Source: Candidatus Zhuqueibacterota bacterium (GTDB lineage Bacteria; Zhuqueibacterota; Zhuqueibacteria; Thermofontimicrobiales; Thermofontimicrobiaceae). Taken from it: a stretch of 64,000 bases of DNA. The stretch's first letter is position 1, and each line of letters begins with the position of its first letter. Position numbers and translations under genes: made by a program. Location: NCBI GenBank assembly GCA_049322915.1, contig JBMOPW010000004.1:64001-128000 (forward strand). The letters run 5' to 3'. The notes beneath the pieces were generated by a model. That model was not told the origin of the DNA. It searched no databases and saw nothing but the letters and a program-made list of their open reading frames with translations. Below are positions 31,501 through 40,430 of the stretch, piece after piece.

Positions 31501-34500
31501 CTGGGAATACAGCACCGGCAGCATTAATTATGAAAAGATCAATGGCAGTGAAGGCAATGAAAATGATCCCGGCGGTCGCTTGCCCAATACCGAAGATATC
31601 AACGGCAACGGCTCGCTGGACATGCGAAATGATTATTTCGAATATTCCTTCTCCCTGTCGAAATCCCACGAAGATACAACGTACATCGCCGGCGGGCAGG
31701 ACAATGAGAGCGGCTGGCGTATGTACCGCATTCCATTGAATGAATACCGAAAAAAAGTCGGCGAGCCGGATATGTCCCGCATCGAATACACCCGAATCTG
31801 GATCGACAGTTGCGCCGCGACCACATTCCTGCGAATCGCAGAAATAAATATCGTGGGCAATGACTGGAAAGAGATGGGCGTGGCGCCTGACGATTTTTCA
31901 GAGTTTGACCCCAAAAACGATTCCACACTGGTGGCGGCAGTGACTAACACCCACGATAATGATGATTACATTGCGCCACCGGGTGTGTCCGGCGAAGTGG
32001 ACAGAATCACCCAGGTTGAAGCCAAAGAACAGGCGCTGATCATGAGGATCACTGACCTGAAGCCGGGGGCGAGCGCTATACTTCGGAAGACCTTTTTCCA
32101 GGCAGAAGATTACATTCACTACGATAAAATGAAGATGTTCGTCCACGGCGGCGATGCATACGGCTTGAACTTTTCCAAAGATAAGACCAGTGTGGAATTA
32201 TTCCTGCGCTTCGGCTCCGACGATAACAATTATTATGAATTCCGCGAGCCCGTGTTCGAAGGATGGGAAGGCAACAACATCGAAATTGATTTGAATGAAA
32301 TCGCCATGATGAAGCTGGTCGACCCTGATTCGTTGACAAACCTCCGCGTGAAGCATTTGGGCAATGGCAAAAAATATCAGATTAAGGGCGAACCTTCGCT
32401 GACGAATATCCGCCAGCTTGTCCTTGGAGTGAAAAATATTGCTGCACCTGAGGGGGAAGTGGCTTATATCAATAAGAATGTGCTCCCCTTCTCCGGAGAA
32501 ATCTGGGTGAACGAACTGCGACTTTCCGGTGTGAAAAAGGATAAAGGCTATGCCTTCCGGGCGCGCGCCGATTTGCAGGTGGCTGATGTCTTTTCCATCA
32601 ATGGTGAAATCGATAGAAAGGATGCTGATTTTCACAACGTCAACACGCGTTTTGGTTCAGGGAACAATGAAATGGGTGGGAGTTTCGCCGGCAATTTATC
32701 GCTGAATAAATTTATGCCCAAGTCCTGGGGATTATCCATCCCTGTGAATTTCAATTATTCCAAAACCCAATCCACGCCGAAATACCTGCCGGGAAGCGAT
32801 ATCATGGTCACGGACGAAATGCCCGCTGAGGAGTTGGAAAAGATTCGAGCTGAGAATGAAAACAAGGGGATGGGCGTATCATTCAAAAAGAATACCCGGT
32901 CCAATAACTTCTTCATCAATAGCACAATCGATAGAATAAGCCTGAGTTTCAATGCTGCCGAAACGCACGGCACGAGCTCGACGCACCTCTATTCGGATCG
33001 CAAAACATACACGGCCAATTTTGGATACGCGCTGACGTTTCCGAAGGACAAATACTTCCAGCCGTTCGGCTGGCTGGGCAAATCGCCGATCGTCAAAAAG
33101 CTGGCAGAGATCAAATTCTATTATCTTCCGACCGCGTTCAATATTAAAGCGACCGGGAATCGCAGCGATTCCAAATCTGAAACGCGATCGCGCGTGATTA
33201 CCGAGAATAACCAGTTCCTCACCTCCCGAAGTGTACAGACTGGTATCCGGCCCTTACAGAGCCTGGATTTTGATTTCTCCCGATCGTATAAAAACGATCT
33301 GAGAAATGCCCCGGACGCCATGGAGGAATTGATGAATTTTCGGTTCGGGCAATTGGTCGATCTGGATCAATCCTTCAGCACCAAGTTCAATCCCACGATT
33401 GCGAAATGGTTGAAAACCACATTCAGCTACTCGACCATGTTCAAATGGTCTAACAACCTTCAGCAGAAAGATCGGGGACGCAGCGCTTCGAACAATTCGT
33501 CGATTAACGGCTCGTTCACATTTGACCCGGACCAGTTGATGAAGTCCGTGTTCAAAAAATCGACACGACCGGCAACGCGGCAACAGGGAAAACCTAAACC
33601 CGGCGCAAAGCCGAGTCCGAATCCCGAGCAGGAAAAGAAGGACGTCACCCCCAAAGTCAGCCCGTTCAAATTGCTTGGCGATGGCATTCAATTTTTCACC
33701 AGTCGGATTCAGCCCTTATCCGTCAACATTGCCAAGAGAAATAACGTGAGCAATTACGGTCTCGACCCGGAAGGGGGAATGCCCTCGTTCGATTACATGT
33801 TCGGACGTTCCAATGACCCCGGCATGGAGAGCGTGGCCGGCGTGGGAACCAATACCGGCTCGTTGACCCTGTCCAATAGCGTGTCGCTGCAGAGCGGTTT
33901 GAATATCATTAAGTCGATGGACCTGTCGTTCAAATACAATATGGAGCGCAACAGACGGGAGAGCACAACTACTACCGGGGACTATTCAGAATCGTGGCTC
34001 TATTCGGAGAAAACCGGCGGAATGCCTATCCCGGAATGGTCGCTGCGATGGTCCGGTCTCGAGAAAATCGCGTTCCTGAGTAAAATTGCCCAGCGCATCA
34101 GTTTTGATCATAGTTTTTCCGGTGTGAAACAGGAATCATGGCAGAATAATTCCAGCCAGATCACAAAAAAGTCCTACACAAAAGCATTTCGTCCCCTGGC
34201 CGGTTTCAACATGAGTTTGAAAAGGAACATCAACGTTAATGTCCGCTATAACTGGTCCGAGAGCATCAACGAGACCGTCACCGGCGGCTCCGGCGGACAG
34301 AAATCGAATACTTCCGATCTTTCATTCACCGCGTCCTATTCCCGCAGCGGTGGTTTCCGAATACCGCTGCCGTTTTGGCCGTTCAAAAACAAGGAGTTGA
34401 AGAACAGCATCGATTTTCAGTTGACCTTCGCCATGAACAACAACACCACGTTCAACAGCCTCAACAACCAGGGCTGGGTAACGACCGACAGCCGTGAGGA

Positions 34501-34654
34501 TTGGTCGTTAAAACCGCAACTGACCTATTCCTTCAGCCAGAACGTTCGCGGCGGTATGCATTTCTCTATTGGCAAAAATAAGAATCAGCGTATCGGCGAT
34601 ACCTCCATTCAGGAATTCGGATTGAACGTCAATATTGCGATCCGAGGTTCATAA
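28550..34654 (+). CDS. sprA: SprA family outer-membrane protein (T9SS translocon homolog)
   Basis: 2034 aa with signal peptide; FDFENTVKLDYSG..DEIIQSIQAGNISL, GLFGIK, AYIDDFE, IDLGQISEDV, LFLRFGSD..NYYE and EIWVNELRL, as I recognise in SprA proteins. Confidence 0.9.
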   Translation: MVVRNKTGSKSFFILLVTISIFFSLMSVTSSIANSSNDSFIGLRLDSNRQFGTPLFHKKPDIGLSLIGPIDYSATVTSKSLQRKVEIDSSGSMVSVKEDYFSLPVHIPASYSLAVFTDYCLRQNVNILWQDYKVKDIAGERVEKKGSAGLEIAIPVKIRNRAFQTIFGGDQVSLSVTGQININGGFRHEKRSEVKTAYNRGSDYNFKMEQTQQFKVQGNVGEKVTVSVDQDSERPFDFENTVKLDYSGYDDEIIQSIQAGNISLSLPATRFVSFSAQNSGLFGIKSEAQIGNFQLTTIASQEKGENKTLTITGGAEEGQTTIKDYNYMRGVYFFVDHSYRASYTNYDQSGAHLYELNKILTDFEIYKSGAGYKQKQGRVYGWALIDPDEGDTTTIDQENTNGYWIRMDRSEYFLETALGYIRLNNPVSDDEMLAIAYRDSSGQVVGNVKFDPTTQSTIFLKMLKPRSPRPSDTTWDLMFRNVYYLGSRNIEWEGFEVKIFFDPPSGDDLETLEIDGKPYSFLNIFGLDRVDQNGDNNPDNIIDRNNNFLRLGEGEIEFPSLRAFADTTNSLLPSEKYVSAMYDTTNQSYITSQSKFYIQVKSKNRSANYDLGWNVIEGSEEVTLNGSRLAKDKDYIIDYYSGKLTILREEATNPSANVQVNYQRNEMFQLEKKTLLGMRGEYKFWENSFIGGTFLYLNQSTLDQKVRVGKGPMRNLIWDVNTSLKFQPNFLTKAIDAFPLIETKQESRFTFEGEVAQILPNPNTLNNEATGDPDGVAYIDDFEAAKKITPLGVIRSGWRDSSSPLEVGKIPDPTNGWKTTLDVYKKRGQLIWWNPYEQVAINEIWPNRDTHNPNTPQRVHVLDVLFKPAERPDDPDFSREQSWSGIMRWLSAGYADQSDSKFLEIWVKGDNGRLHIDLGQISEDVIPNGQLDTEDIEENGILNNLLDAGEDVGIDGMAGKDPTDWWDINNNKIKDDGEPLSYDDWEYSTGSINYEKINGSEGNENDPGGRLPNTEDINGNGSLDMRNDYFEYSFSLSKSHEDTTYIAGGQDNESGWRMYRIPLNEYRKKVGEPDMSRIEYTRIWIDSCAATTFLRIAEINIVGNDWKEMGVAPDDFSEFDPKNDSTLVAAVTNTHDNDDYIAPPGVSGEVDRITQVEAKEQALIMRITDLKPGASAILRKTFFQAEDYIHYDKMKMFVHGGDAYGLNFSKDKTSVELFLRFGSDDNNYYEFREPVFEGWEGNNIEIDLNEIAMMKLVDPDSLTNLRVKHLGNGKKYQIKGEPSLTNIRQLVLGVKNIAAPEGEVAYINKNVLPFSGEIWVNELRLSGVKKDKGYAFRARADLQVADVFSINGEIDRKDADFHNVNTRFGSGNNEMGGSFAGNLSLNKFMPKSWGLSIPVNFNYSKTQSTPKYLPGSDIMVTDEMPAEELEKIRAENENKGMGVSFKKNTRSNNFFINSTIDRISLSFNAAETHGTSSTHLYSDRKTYTANFGYALTFPKDKYFQPFGWLGKSPIVKKLAEIKFYYLPTAFNIKATGNRSDSKSETRSRVITENNQFLTSRSVQTGIRPLQSLDFDFSRSYKNDLRNAPDAMEELMNFRFGQLVDLDQSFSTKFNPTIAKWLKTTFSYSTMFKWSNNLQQKDRGRSASNNSSINGSFTFDPDQLMKSVFKKSTRPATRQQGKPKPGAKPSPNPEQEKKDVTPKVSPFKLLGDGIQFFTSRIQPLSVNIAKRNNVSNYGLDPEGGMPSFDYMFGRSNDPGMESVAGVGTNTGSLTLSNSVSLQSGLNIIKSMDLSFKYNMERNRRESTTTTGDYSESWLYSEKTGGMPIPEWSLRWSGLEKIAFLSKIAQRISFDHSFSGVKQESWQNNSSQITKKSYTKAFRPLAGFNMSLKRNINVNVRYNWSESINETVTGGSGGQKSNTSDLSFTASYSRSGGFRIPLPFWPFKNKELKNSIDFQLTFAMNNNTTFNSLNNQGWVTTDSREDWSLKPQLTYSFSQNVRGGMHFSIGKNKNQRIGDTSIQEFGLNVNIAIRGS

Positions 34655-34752
34655 CCGACCCTGCCCGGGGGAGGAATTTCACAACGTCATGGCTATTTGC
34701 CCGGACGTGTGAGTGAGCGCCGAATCTATCCACTCGTCTGACAGGAATATGT

Positions 34753-35652
34753 ATGAAATTAACCCTATTCGTGGGATTCATTACTACGGTTTTACTGAGC
34801 TTCGCATCGTGCCAAAGTCAAGTCATTCCGGAATTCGACGCGAAAAATGCCTTTCGAATTCTGGAAGCGCAATGTCAGTTCGGACCGCGCGTGCCCGGTA
34901 CAGCATCGCACGTCCAGTGCAAAGACTATCTGGTTGAATCACTCAAAAAGTACACCCCGCACGTTTCAGAACAGGCGTTCCAGGTGAAACTGGAGCCAGC
35001 CAAGCCGGCGACGTGCTATAACATCATTGCTAATTTCCATCCCAACAGGACAAATCGCATGCTGCTCTGCGCCCACTGGGATACCCGTCCCTGGGCGGAT
35101 CGGGATCCGGATCCGGCCAATCACAACAAGCCGGTCCCCGGGGCAAGCGACGGGGCCTCCGGCGTGGCTATTTTGCTGGAAATTGCGCGCATTATCCATA
35201 TTGCCGAACCCAAATACGGCGTTGATATTGTGCTGTTCGATGCAGAGGATTTTGGTTCGTACGGGAATAATGACTCGTGGGCTTTGGGCTCAAAACAATT
35301 TGCCCGGAGCGTCGTCAGGAACTATCATCCTGAAATCGGAATTTTGCTCGATCTGGTCGGTGATGCGGACCAGCAGATTTACATGGAAGTGAATTCGAAC
35401 AAATATGCCCAACCCATTGTGAAGCGCGTCTGGGATATCGCTGATGACCTGGGGATCGGGACGTTCATTCCGGAAGTGATGTACGAGGTGTATGACGACC
35501 ATCTGAATTTACTGGAAGCTGGAATACCCTGCATCGATATCATTGATTTTGATTATGACTACTGGCACACCGTCGAAGATACGCCGGATAAATGCAGCCC
35601 GCAAAGCCTGGAAAATGTCGGCAGAGTCGTGCGGGAGATTCTCTACCAGTAG
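34753..35652 (+). CDS. M28-fold lipoprotein, probable glutaminyl-peptide cyclotransferase
   Basis: Lipobox FASC; FGPRVPG, AHWDTR, GASDGASG, FDAED, LLDLVG, DDH and YWHT. Confidence 0.82.
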   Translation: MKLTLFVGFITTVLLSFASCQSQVIPEFDAKNAFRILEAQCQFGPRVPGTASHVQCKDYLVESLKKYTPHVSEQAFQVKLEPAKPATCYNIIANFHPNRTNRMLLCAHWDTRPWADRDPDPANHNKPVPGASDGASGVAILLEIARIIHIAEPKYGVDIVLFDAEDFGSYGNNDSWALGSKQFARSVVRNYHPEIGILLDLVGDADQQIYMEVNSNKYAQPIVKRVWDIADDLGIGTFIPEVMYEVYDDHLNLLEAGIPCIDIIDFDYDYWHTVEDTPDKCSPQSLENVGRVVREILYQ

Positions 35653-35770
35653 CGCTGAACCCGCTGTACCGCATAATGGTTATAATGGTATAAGATGAAC
35701 ATCGCTGCGAAATTTTTTAGAGTTCCAATCATGTGCTTTGCCTGAATCGCTGGAAAGATGTGGAGGAATC

Positions 35771-36412
35771 ATGAATTTATTGACAATACTTTTCAAAGGC
35801 GGAATTGTAATGATTCCGATTTTCCTTTGTTCCCTTGTTGCGCTGGCCGTGGTGATCGAGCGTTGGCTATTTCTTCGGAAGGCGCGGATCAATGCCCGAA
35901 GCTTCATGCTTCAGGTGAGATCTCTGTTTTTGAAAAAGAAGATCTCCGATGCCGTCATTCTGTGCAAGCGTACGACTGCGCCCATTGCGAAGATCACCAA
36001 GGCGGCTGTGGAGCGCTACAACCGTCCGCGGGCTGAAATCAGAGAAGCCATCGAAAGCGCCGGCAGAGTCGAAATTTACCAGCTTGAAAAGAACCTGGGA
36101 ATTTTGGGAACAATGTCGGCCATTGCACCGCTGTTGGGATTTTTGGGCACAGTCACCGGAATGATACAGGCGTTCATTCAGGTGCAGGAACTGGGAGGCA
36201 ATGTGGATTCCAGTGTGCTGGCCGGCGGAATCTGGGAAGCGCTGGTGACCACAGCCGCAGGGCTGATCGTTGGCATTCCCGCCTTGATCGCCTACAACTG
36301 GCTCCAGAGTAAAGTCGAATATCTCGTGTTCGAAATGGAAGAAAATTCAACGGCGCTGCTGGATATGCTCATTCTGGGAGGTGAGACGGCTGATGAAATT
36401 TCAAATGACTAA
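35771..36412 (+). CDS. exbB: ExbB/TolQ/MotA proton channel
   Basis: APLLGFLGTVTGMI and GIWEALVTTAAGL; GGAGG RBS before ATG 35771. Confidence 0.9.
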   Translation: MNLLTILFKGGIVMIPIFLCSLVALAVVIERWLFLRKARINARSFMLQVRSLFLKKKISDAVILCKRTTAPIAKITKAAVERYNRPRAEIREAIESAGRVEIYQLEKNLGILGTMSAIAPLLGFLGTVTGMIQAFIQVQELGGNVDSSVLAGGIWEALVTTAAGLIVGIPALIAYNWLQSKVEYLVFEMEENSTALLDMLILGGETADEISND

Positions 36413-36800
36413 ACAGCGATTGGTGGCCTTTTCCACCATTTCACTGACGGACATTGTGCTGCTGCTATTGATCTTTTTCCTGCTATCCTCCTCGTTTTTC
36501 GTGCAGCCGGGAATCAAGGTGGATTTGCCGAAAGCGCTCACCGGCCAGCCGGAGATGCGGGACCGAATTTATATTTCAATCACGGACAGGGAATTGATTT
36601 TTGTGAATCACCGGAAGGTGGCTAAAAGCGACCTCAGCTATGAGCTGTCCCAATTGCTGAAAACCCATCCGGAGAAGATGGTTGTGCTTCAGGCCGACAA
36701 AGACCTCACCGTCGAAGTGCTGGTTGAAGTTGTCGATATTGCCAAATTAGCCGGCGCTCAAAAATTCATGATTGCAACCCAGCCGGGGAGCCGTTTGTGA
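36393..36800 (+). CDS. exbD: ExbD/TolR biopolymer transport protein
   Basis: LTDIVLLLLIFF (conserved Asp), VDLPKA and LQADK. Confidence 0.9.
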   Translation: MKFQMTKQRLVAFSTISLTDIVLLLLIFFLLSSSFFVQPGIKVDLPKALTGQPEMRDRIYISITDRELIFVNHRKVAKSDLSYELSQLLKTHPEKMVVLQADKDLTVEVLVEVVDIAKLAGAQKFMIATQPGSRL

Positions 36801-37576
36801 TGACGGAATTCAGAGAAAAAAACGCGTGGATCGCCGCTGTAATTTCACTCGTGGCTCACGGTGTGCTCCTCTTGATTTTCGCTCTGTACTCGCTTCATCT
36901 CGATATCGAAATACCGGACCTGACCGAAATTTCATTTGTCAGCGGCCCGGATTTCAGCGCGACGCAGTCGGCGCCCATCGTCCCGGCTTCCAGGCCGACG
37001 CCTGTCAAAGAAGAAGTGGCGCCGAAACCGGAATTGGTCAATTTGCCGCTTCGAAAAATGCTGGAAAAAGAGGCGCCGGAATTGAAGGATCTGAGTCAGA
37101 AAAAACAGATCCCGGCCCAGGAAAATCTCGTCCTGCCGCCGGTCGCCAAAAGCGAGGAGCTGGAAAATGCCGTCGGGACTGCGCTGTCCAATACTCACTC
37201 GGACGAGAAAGAGATCGCCACGTCGGTCGAGAGCCTTGCCGCAGACCAAAAACTCACCCCATCGCCGGGGACGCAGTCGGACGCCAAGGGTCAGGCGCCC
37301 TACGAGATCGAAGGCGATGCCGCCGCGCGGACTGTCACAGCGAAGATGATACCGGCGTATCCCGAAAATCTTCAGAAAGAAGCCACCATTAAAATCCGAT
37401 TTTCTGTCCTGCCGAGCGGCCGGGTCGGCGAAATGTTGCCGATTATCAAGTCCGACGCGGCGTTGGAGAAACTAACATTGGATGCCCTGCGTCAATGGCA
37501 ATTCAATCCCCTGCCGACGACAGTCCCCCAGCGAATTGAAACAGGTATCATTACGTTTCGGTATCTGCTCAAATAG
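36797..37576 (+). CDS. TonB-family energy transducer
   Basis: N-terminal TM with SxxxH, Pro/Glu-rich linker, C-terminal PAYP..WQFNP domain. Confidence 0.85.
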   Translation: MMTEFREKNAWIAAVISLVAHGVLLLIFALYSLHLDIEIPDLTEISFVSGPDFSATQSAPIVPASRPTPVKEEVAPKPELVNLPLRKMLEKEAPELKDLSQKKQIPAQENLVLPPVAKSEELENAVGTALSNTHSDEKEIATSVESLAADQKLTPSPGTQSDAKGQAPYEIEGDAAARTVTAKMIPAYPENLQKEATIKIRFSVLPSGRVGEMLPIIKSDAALEKLTLDALRQWQFNPLPTTVPQRIETGIITFRYLLK

Positions 37577-37935
37577 AGCATGCAAAAGTCGCCGGCGTGA
37601 ACCGTCGATTGGCGCGTCTCTCCTCAGCATATCTTCGTGCAGCTTTTTCACAACAATAAATTTCTCAAAAATTAAAATAGAGCTTGAAAACAATGGAGTT
37701 TGATTGAAAATTACGGATAATTAAAAAAAAGCAATATTGATTTTTTAACTTGATTATAAATTATTCTCTGTTTATTTTAGCAACGCACTTATGGCCATTC
37801 ATTCATACTTCGCAACGCAGCGCCCTGTCAACTGCCTGGTGCCGGTGAGACATGTTGCTCTTTGGTAATGCCGAACGAGCAAGATTTTGCAGCCATTTTG
37901 ATTGGAAGTTCACGTGATCGTGTGGAGGTGAATCT

Positions 37936-39756
37936 GTGAATCGGAAGCAGAAGAGGGAAGCAAAACAGAAGACTGAATTGAAAGCTAAATCCCTGTTAAA
38001 GAAACCAGTCCTTCGTAAACAAAGAAAACAACCCATTGTCAGCGCTCATGCTTCATCGATAAAAATCGTGGACCTACCGCCAAATTCCCCTCATGAAATG
38101 AATCAGTACATTCGCCAATTCGAAGAACAACACAATGCTCTCAAGTACCAGGCCGATACATTTCAATCGAATTATTTTTCACTGTTAGAGTCCATCCGCG
38201 AGGCCATCCTGGTGGTAGATGCTGATTTTGCGATTCGGCAAGTCAATACAAATTTTATACATCTCAGCGGATACCCGAAAGATGAAATTCAGGGTGGGAA
38301 TTTCCAGCAATTATTCTTCCAGAAAGAGGATAGAAAAAAAATCTGCGCTGCGATGAATCAAAAGCGCGGGGCAGCGTCCGTTCAAAGTTCAGCGGCGCTT
38401 GAGCTGCAATTAATTCGCAGCGATCGCACCATTGTGCCCGTTGAAATGCGCTGGACTCAGTCCGAGGCGCCGGACACCTACTTCATCTTTTTTCACGATC
38501 TTTCCCCGACGAAAAATTACGAGCGGGAATTGCAGCAGCAGAAAAAGGAACTGGCTTTGCTGGCGGCGATTTCCAGTTCGATGACCCAGCCTAAATATTT
38601 GAATAAAGATCTGCAGTCCGTTCTGGAGAGCGTGTGTACGATCATGGGATTTGAGCAAAGTGCAGTCTGTCTCGGAGATTCCCGGCTAAATAACTTCGGC
38701 CCCATCGCCCTTGTGGGTATGACCCCCTCCGAAACTGAAAGTCTGCTGGAGCGATATTTTGACCTCATCAGTCAACTCAAAAAAGAAAAGAAGCTGATTG
38801 CCTTCAACCCCTCTTCAGATATCTTCTCTGAATTATTCAGTCGGCCACCGCACTGCCGGTCCATCGCGCTTGTCCCGCTGTCGATTCGGAAGAACCTGTT
38901 CGGCGCGTTTGCTGTCGCCAGTGTGAATCATATTGACTTTGATGAGGAGACGAAAGAGCTTCTGGCTACGATCGGGCAGCAACTCTCCATTCATATCGAG
39001 AATGCCATGTTGTTCAAAGAGCTGGATGCAAAGAGCCGCGAGGTGGAGTCCATCAACAAAGAATTGAGTTCCTTTGTCTGCACCGTGTCCCACGATTTGA
39101 AGACGCCTATCATTGCCCTGCATGGATTTTTAAATCTGTTCAAAGAGCATCATGGCGCCGGCATCGATGATGAAGGGAATGAATATTTAGACAGAGTCTT
39201 ATGCAACGCCGAGTACATGGAGAAGATGATCAATGACTTGCTGAAACTCTCGCGAGCTGGCCATGTGGTCGGCGCGAAATGCCGGTTCTCGACGTATAAG
39301 CTGGTCAATGAAATATTGATGAGCCTGTATCCCCGGCTGCATGAGAAAAACATCCAGTATGTCGTTTCGAAAAAGCTTCCTGTTGTTTTCGGCGACAGGA
39401 ACCGGATGCAAACAGTGTTCGAAAATCTCATCGTAAACGCCATCAAATACTCGTCCCCTGAACGCGTTCCGCAGATAGAAATTGGCTGCAAAGAGAAAAA
39501 GGATAGCCATCAATTTTGGGTGAAGGATAATGGGATTGGCATCGATTCAGAAAATCACGAGCGCATTTTTGAGGTGTTCCAAAAGGTCAGGCAGAACAGC
39601 GATACGCACGAAGGGACGGGCGTTGGTTTGACAATTGTGAAAAAGATCATCGAGCATCACGATGGCCGCGTCTGGGTGGAGTCGAAACTCAACCGCGGCG
39701 CGACGTTTTATTTCACTTTGCCCAAAAGTCCCACCAAAGCGAAAAAGTTGAAATGA
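37936..39756 (+). CDS. Cytoplasmic PAS-GAF sensor histidine kinase
   Basis: GGAGG RBS and GTG start; VSHDLKTP, NLIVNAIKY, DNGIG and GTGVGL. Confidence 0.92.
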   Translation: MNRKQKREAKQKTELKAKSLLKKPVLRKQRKQPIVSAHASSIKIVDLPPNSPHEMNQYIRQFEEQHNALKYQADTFQSNYFSLLESIREAILVVDADFAIRQVNTNFIHLSGYPKDEIQGGNFQQLFFQKEDRKKICAAMNQKRGAASVQSSAALELQLIRSDRTIVPVEMRWTQSEAPDTYFIFFHDLSPTKNYERELQQQKKELALLAAISSSMTQPKYLNKDLQSVLESVCTIMGFEQSAVCLGDSRLNNFGPIALVGMTPSETESLLERYFDLISQLKKEKKLIAFNPSSDIFSELFSRPPHCRSIALVPLSIRKNLFGAFAVASVNHIDFDEETKELLATIGQQLSIHIENAMLFKELDAKSREVESINKELSSFVCTVSHDLKTPIIALHGFLNLFKEHHGAGIDDEGNEYLDRVLCNAEYMEKMINDLLKLSRAGHVVGAKCRFSTYKLVNEILMSLYPRLHEKNIQYVVSKKLPVVFGDRNRMQTVFENLIVNAIKYSSPERVPQIEIGCKEKKDSHQFWVKDNGIGIDSENHERIFEVFQKVRQNSDTHEGTGVGLTIVKKIIEHHDGRVWVESKLNRGATFYFTLPKSPTKAKKLK

Positions 39757-39833
39757 CCGGAGAGCGGAAGCCGATTCAGCATTCGAAAAGCCATGCATCA
39801 GATTTCGAGAGATATTAAACCCATAGAAAGCAA

Positions 39834-40394
39834 TCGCCGCAAAGACGCTAAGCCTCAAAGAAATGATTTATACAACCTGAATTTTTAAAATGAAATGCCA
39901 AATGAGCGTTTAACGTATTATTTTAGTATGGAGTAGATCGACTGTGTCGATGCTTCATTCTATATTTCTTTAGAAATGACGTAGCTAAATTTGATTATGA
40001 GTAGCTATTCAGCTTCACTTCAAAATTCTTTGAATACAATGTAAAGATTCTTTCCCTCATCACCGGCCCTTCTCCCAGAGCTTACCCTTACCCATATCTT
40101 TTCTAACGCTGAGGTCGCAGAGACCGCAGAGGTACGCAGAGTTTTGGTAATGAAAAAAAGCTGTTTGCAAACTTATGAAACCAGGTATTTTCCTGGTTAT
40201 TTTGGTCTTCTGTTACTATTGGTGAACATGATTTTCATTGTTTGATTGAAAATTTTAATATCACTCCGGCCAATTCAAAGCTGGTCTTTTCTCTGCGCCC
40301 TTGGTGACCACTTCGTTTCATTTTATTTCTAAGTATTTTAAAAACAGCTTCTGTTTTCATAAAGATATTTGGCACCATCGCGTCCTGGCGGCAA
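39834..40394. repeat. Nested degenerate inverted (REP-like) repeats between convergent genes
   Basis: Outer arms 39834-39860 / 40368-40394 (17 of 26 identical); inner CGC(A/T)GAG x4 at 40107-40141 faces CTCTGCG at 40291. Confidence 0.55.
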
Positions 40395-40430
40395 TTCTTC
40401 AGATTTCCATTGCATTCGTTGGGTGTAAAA

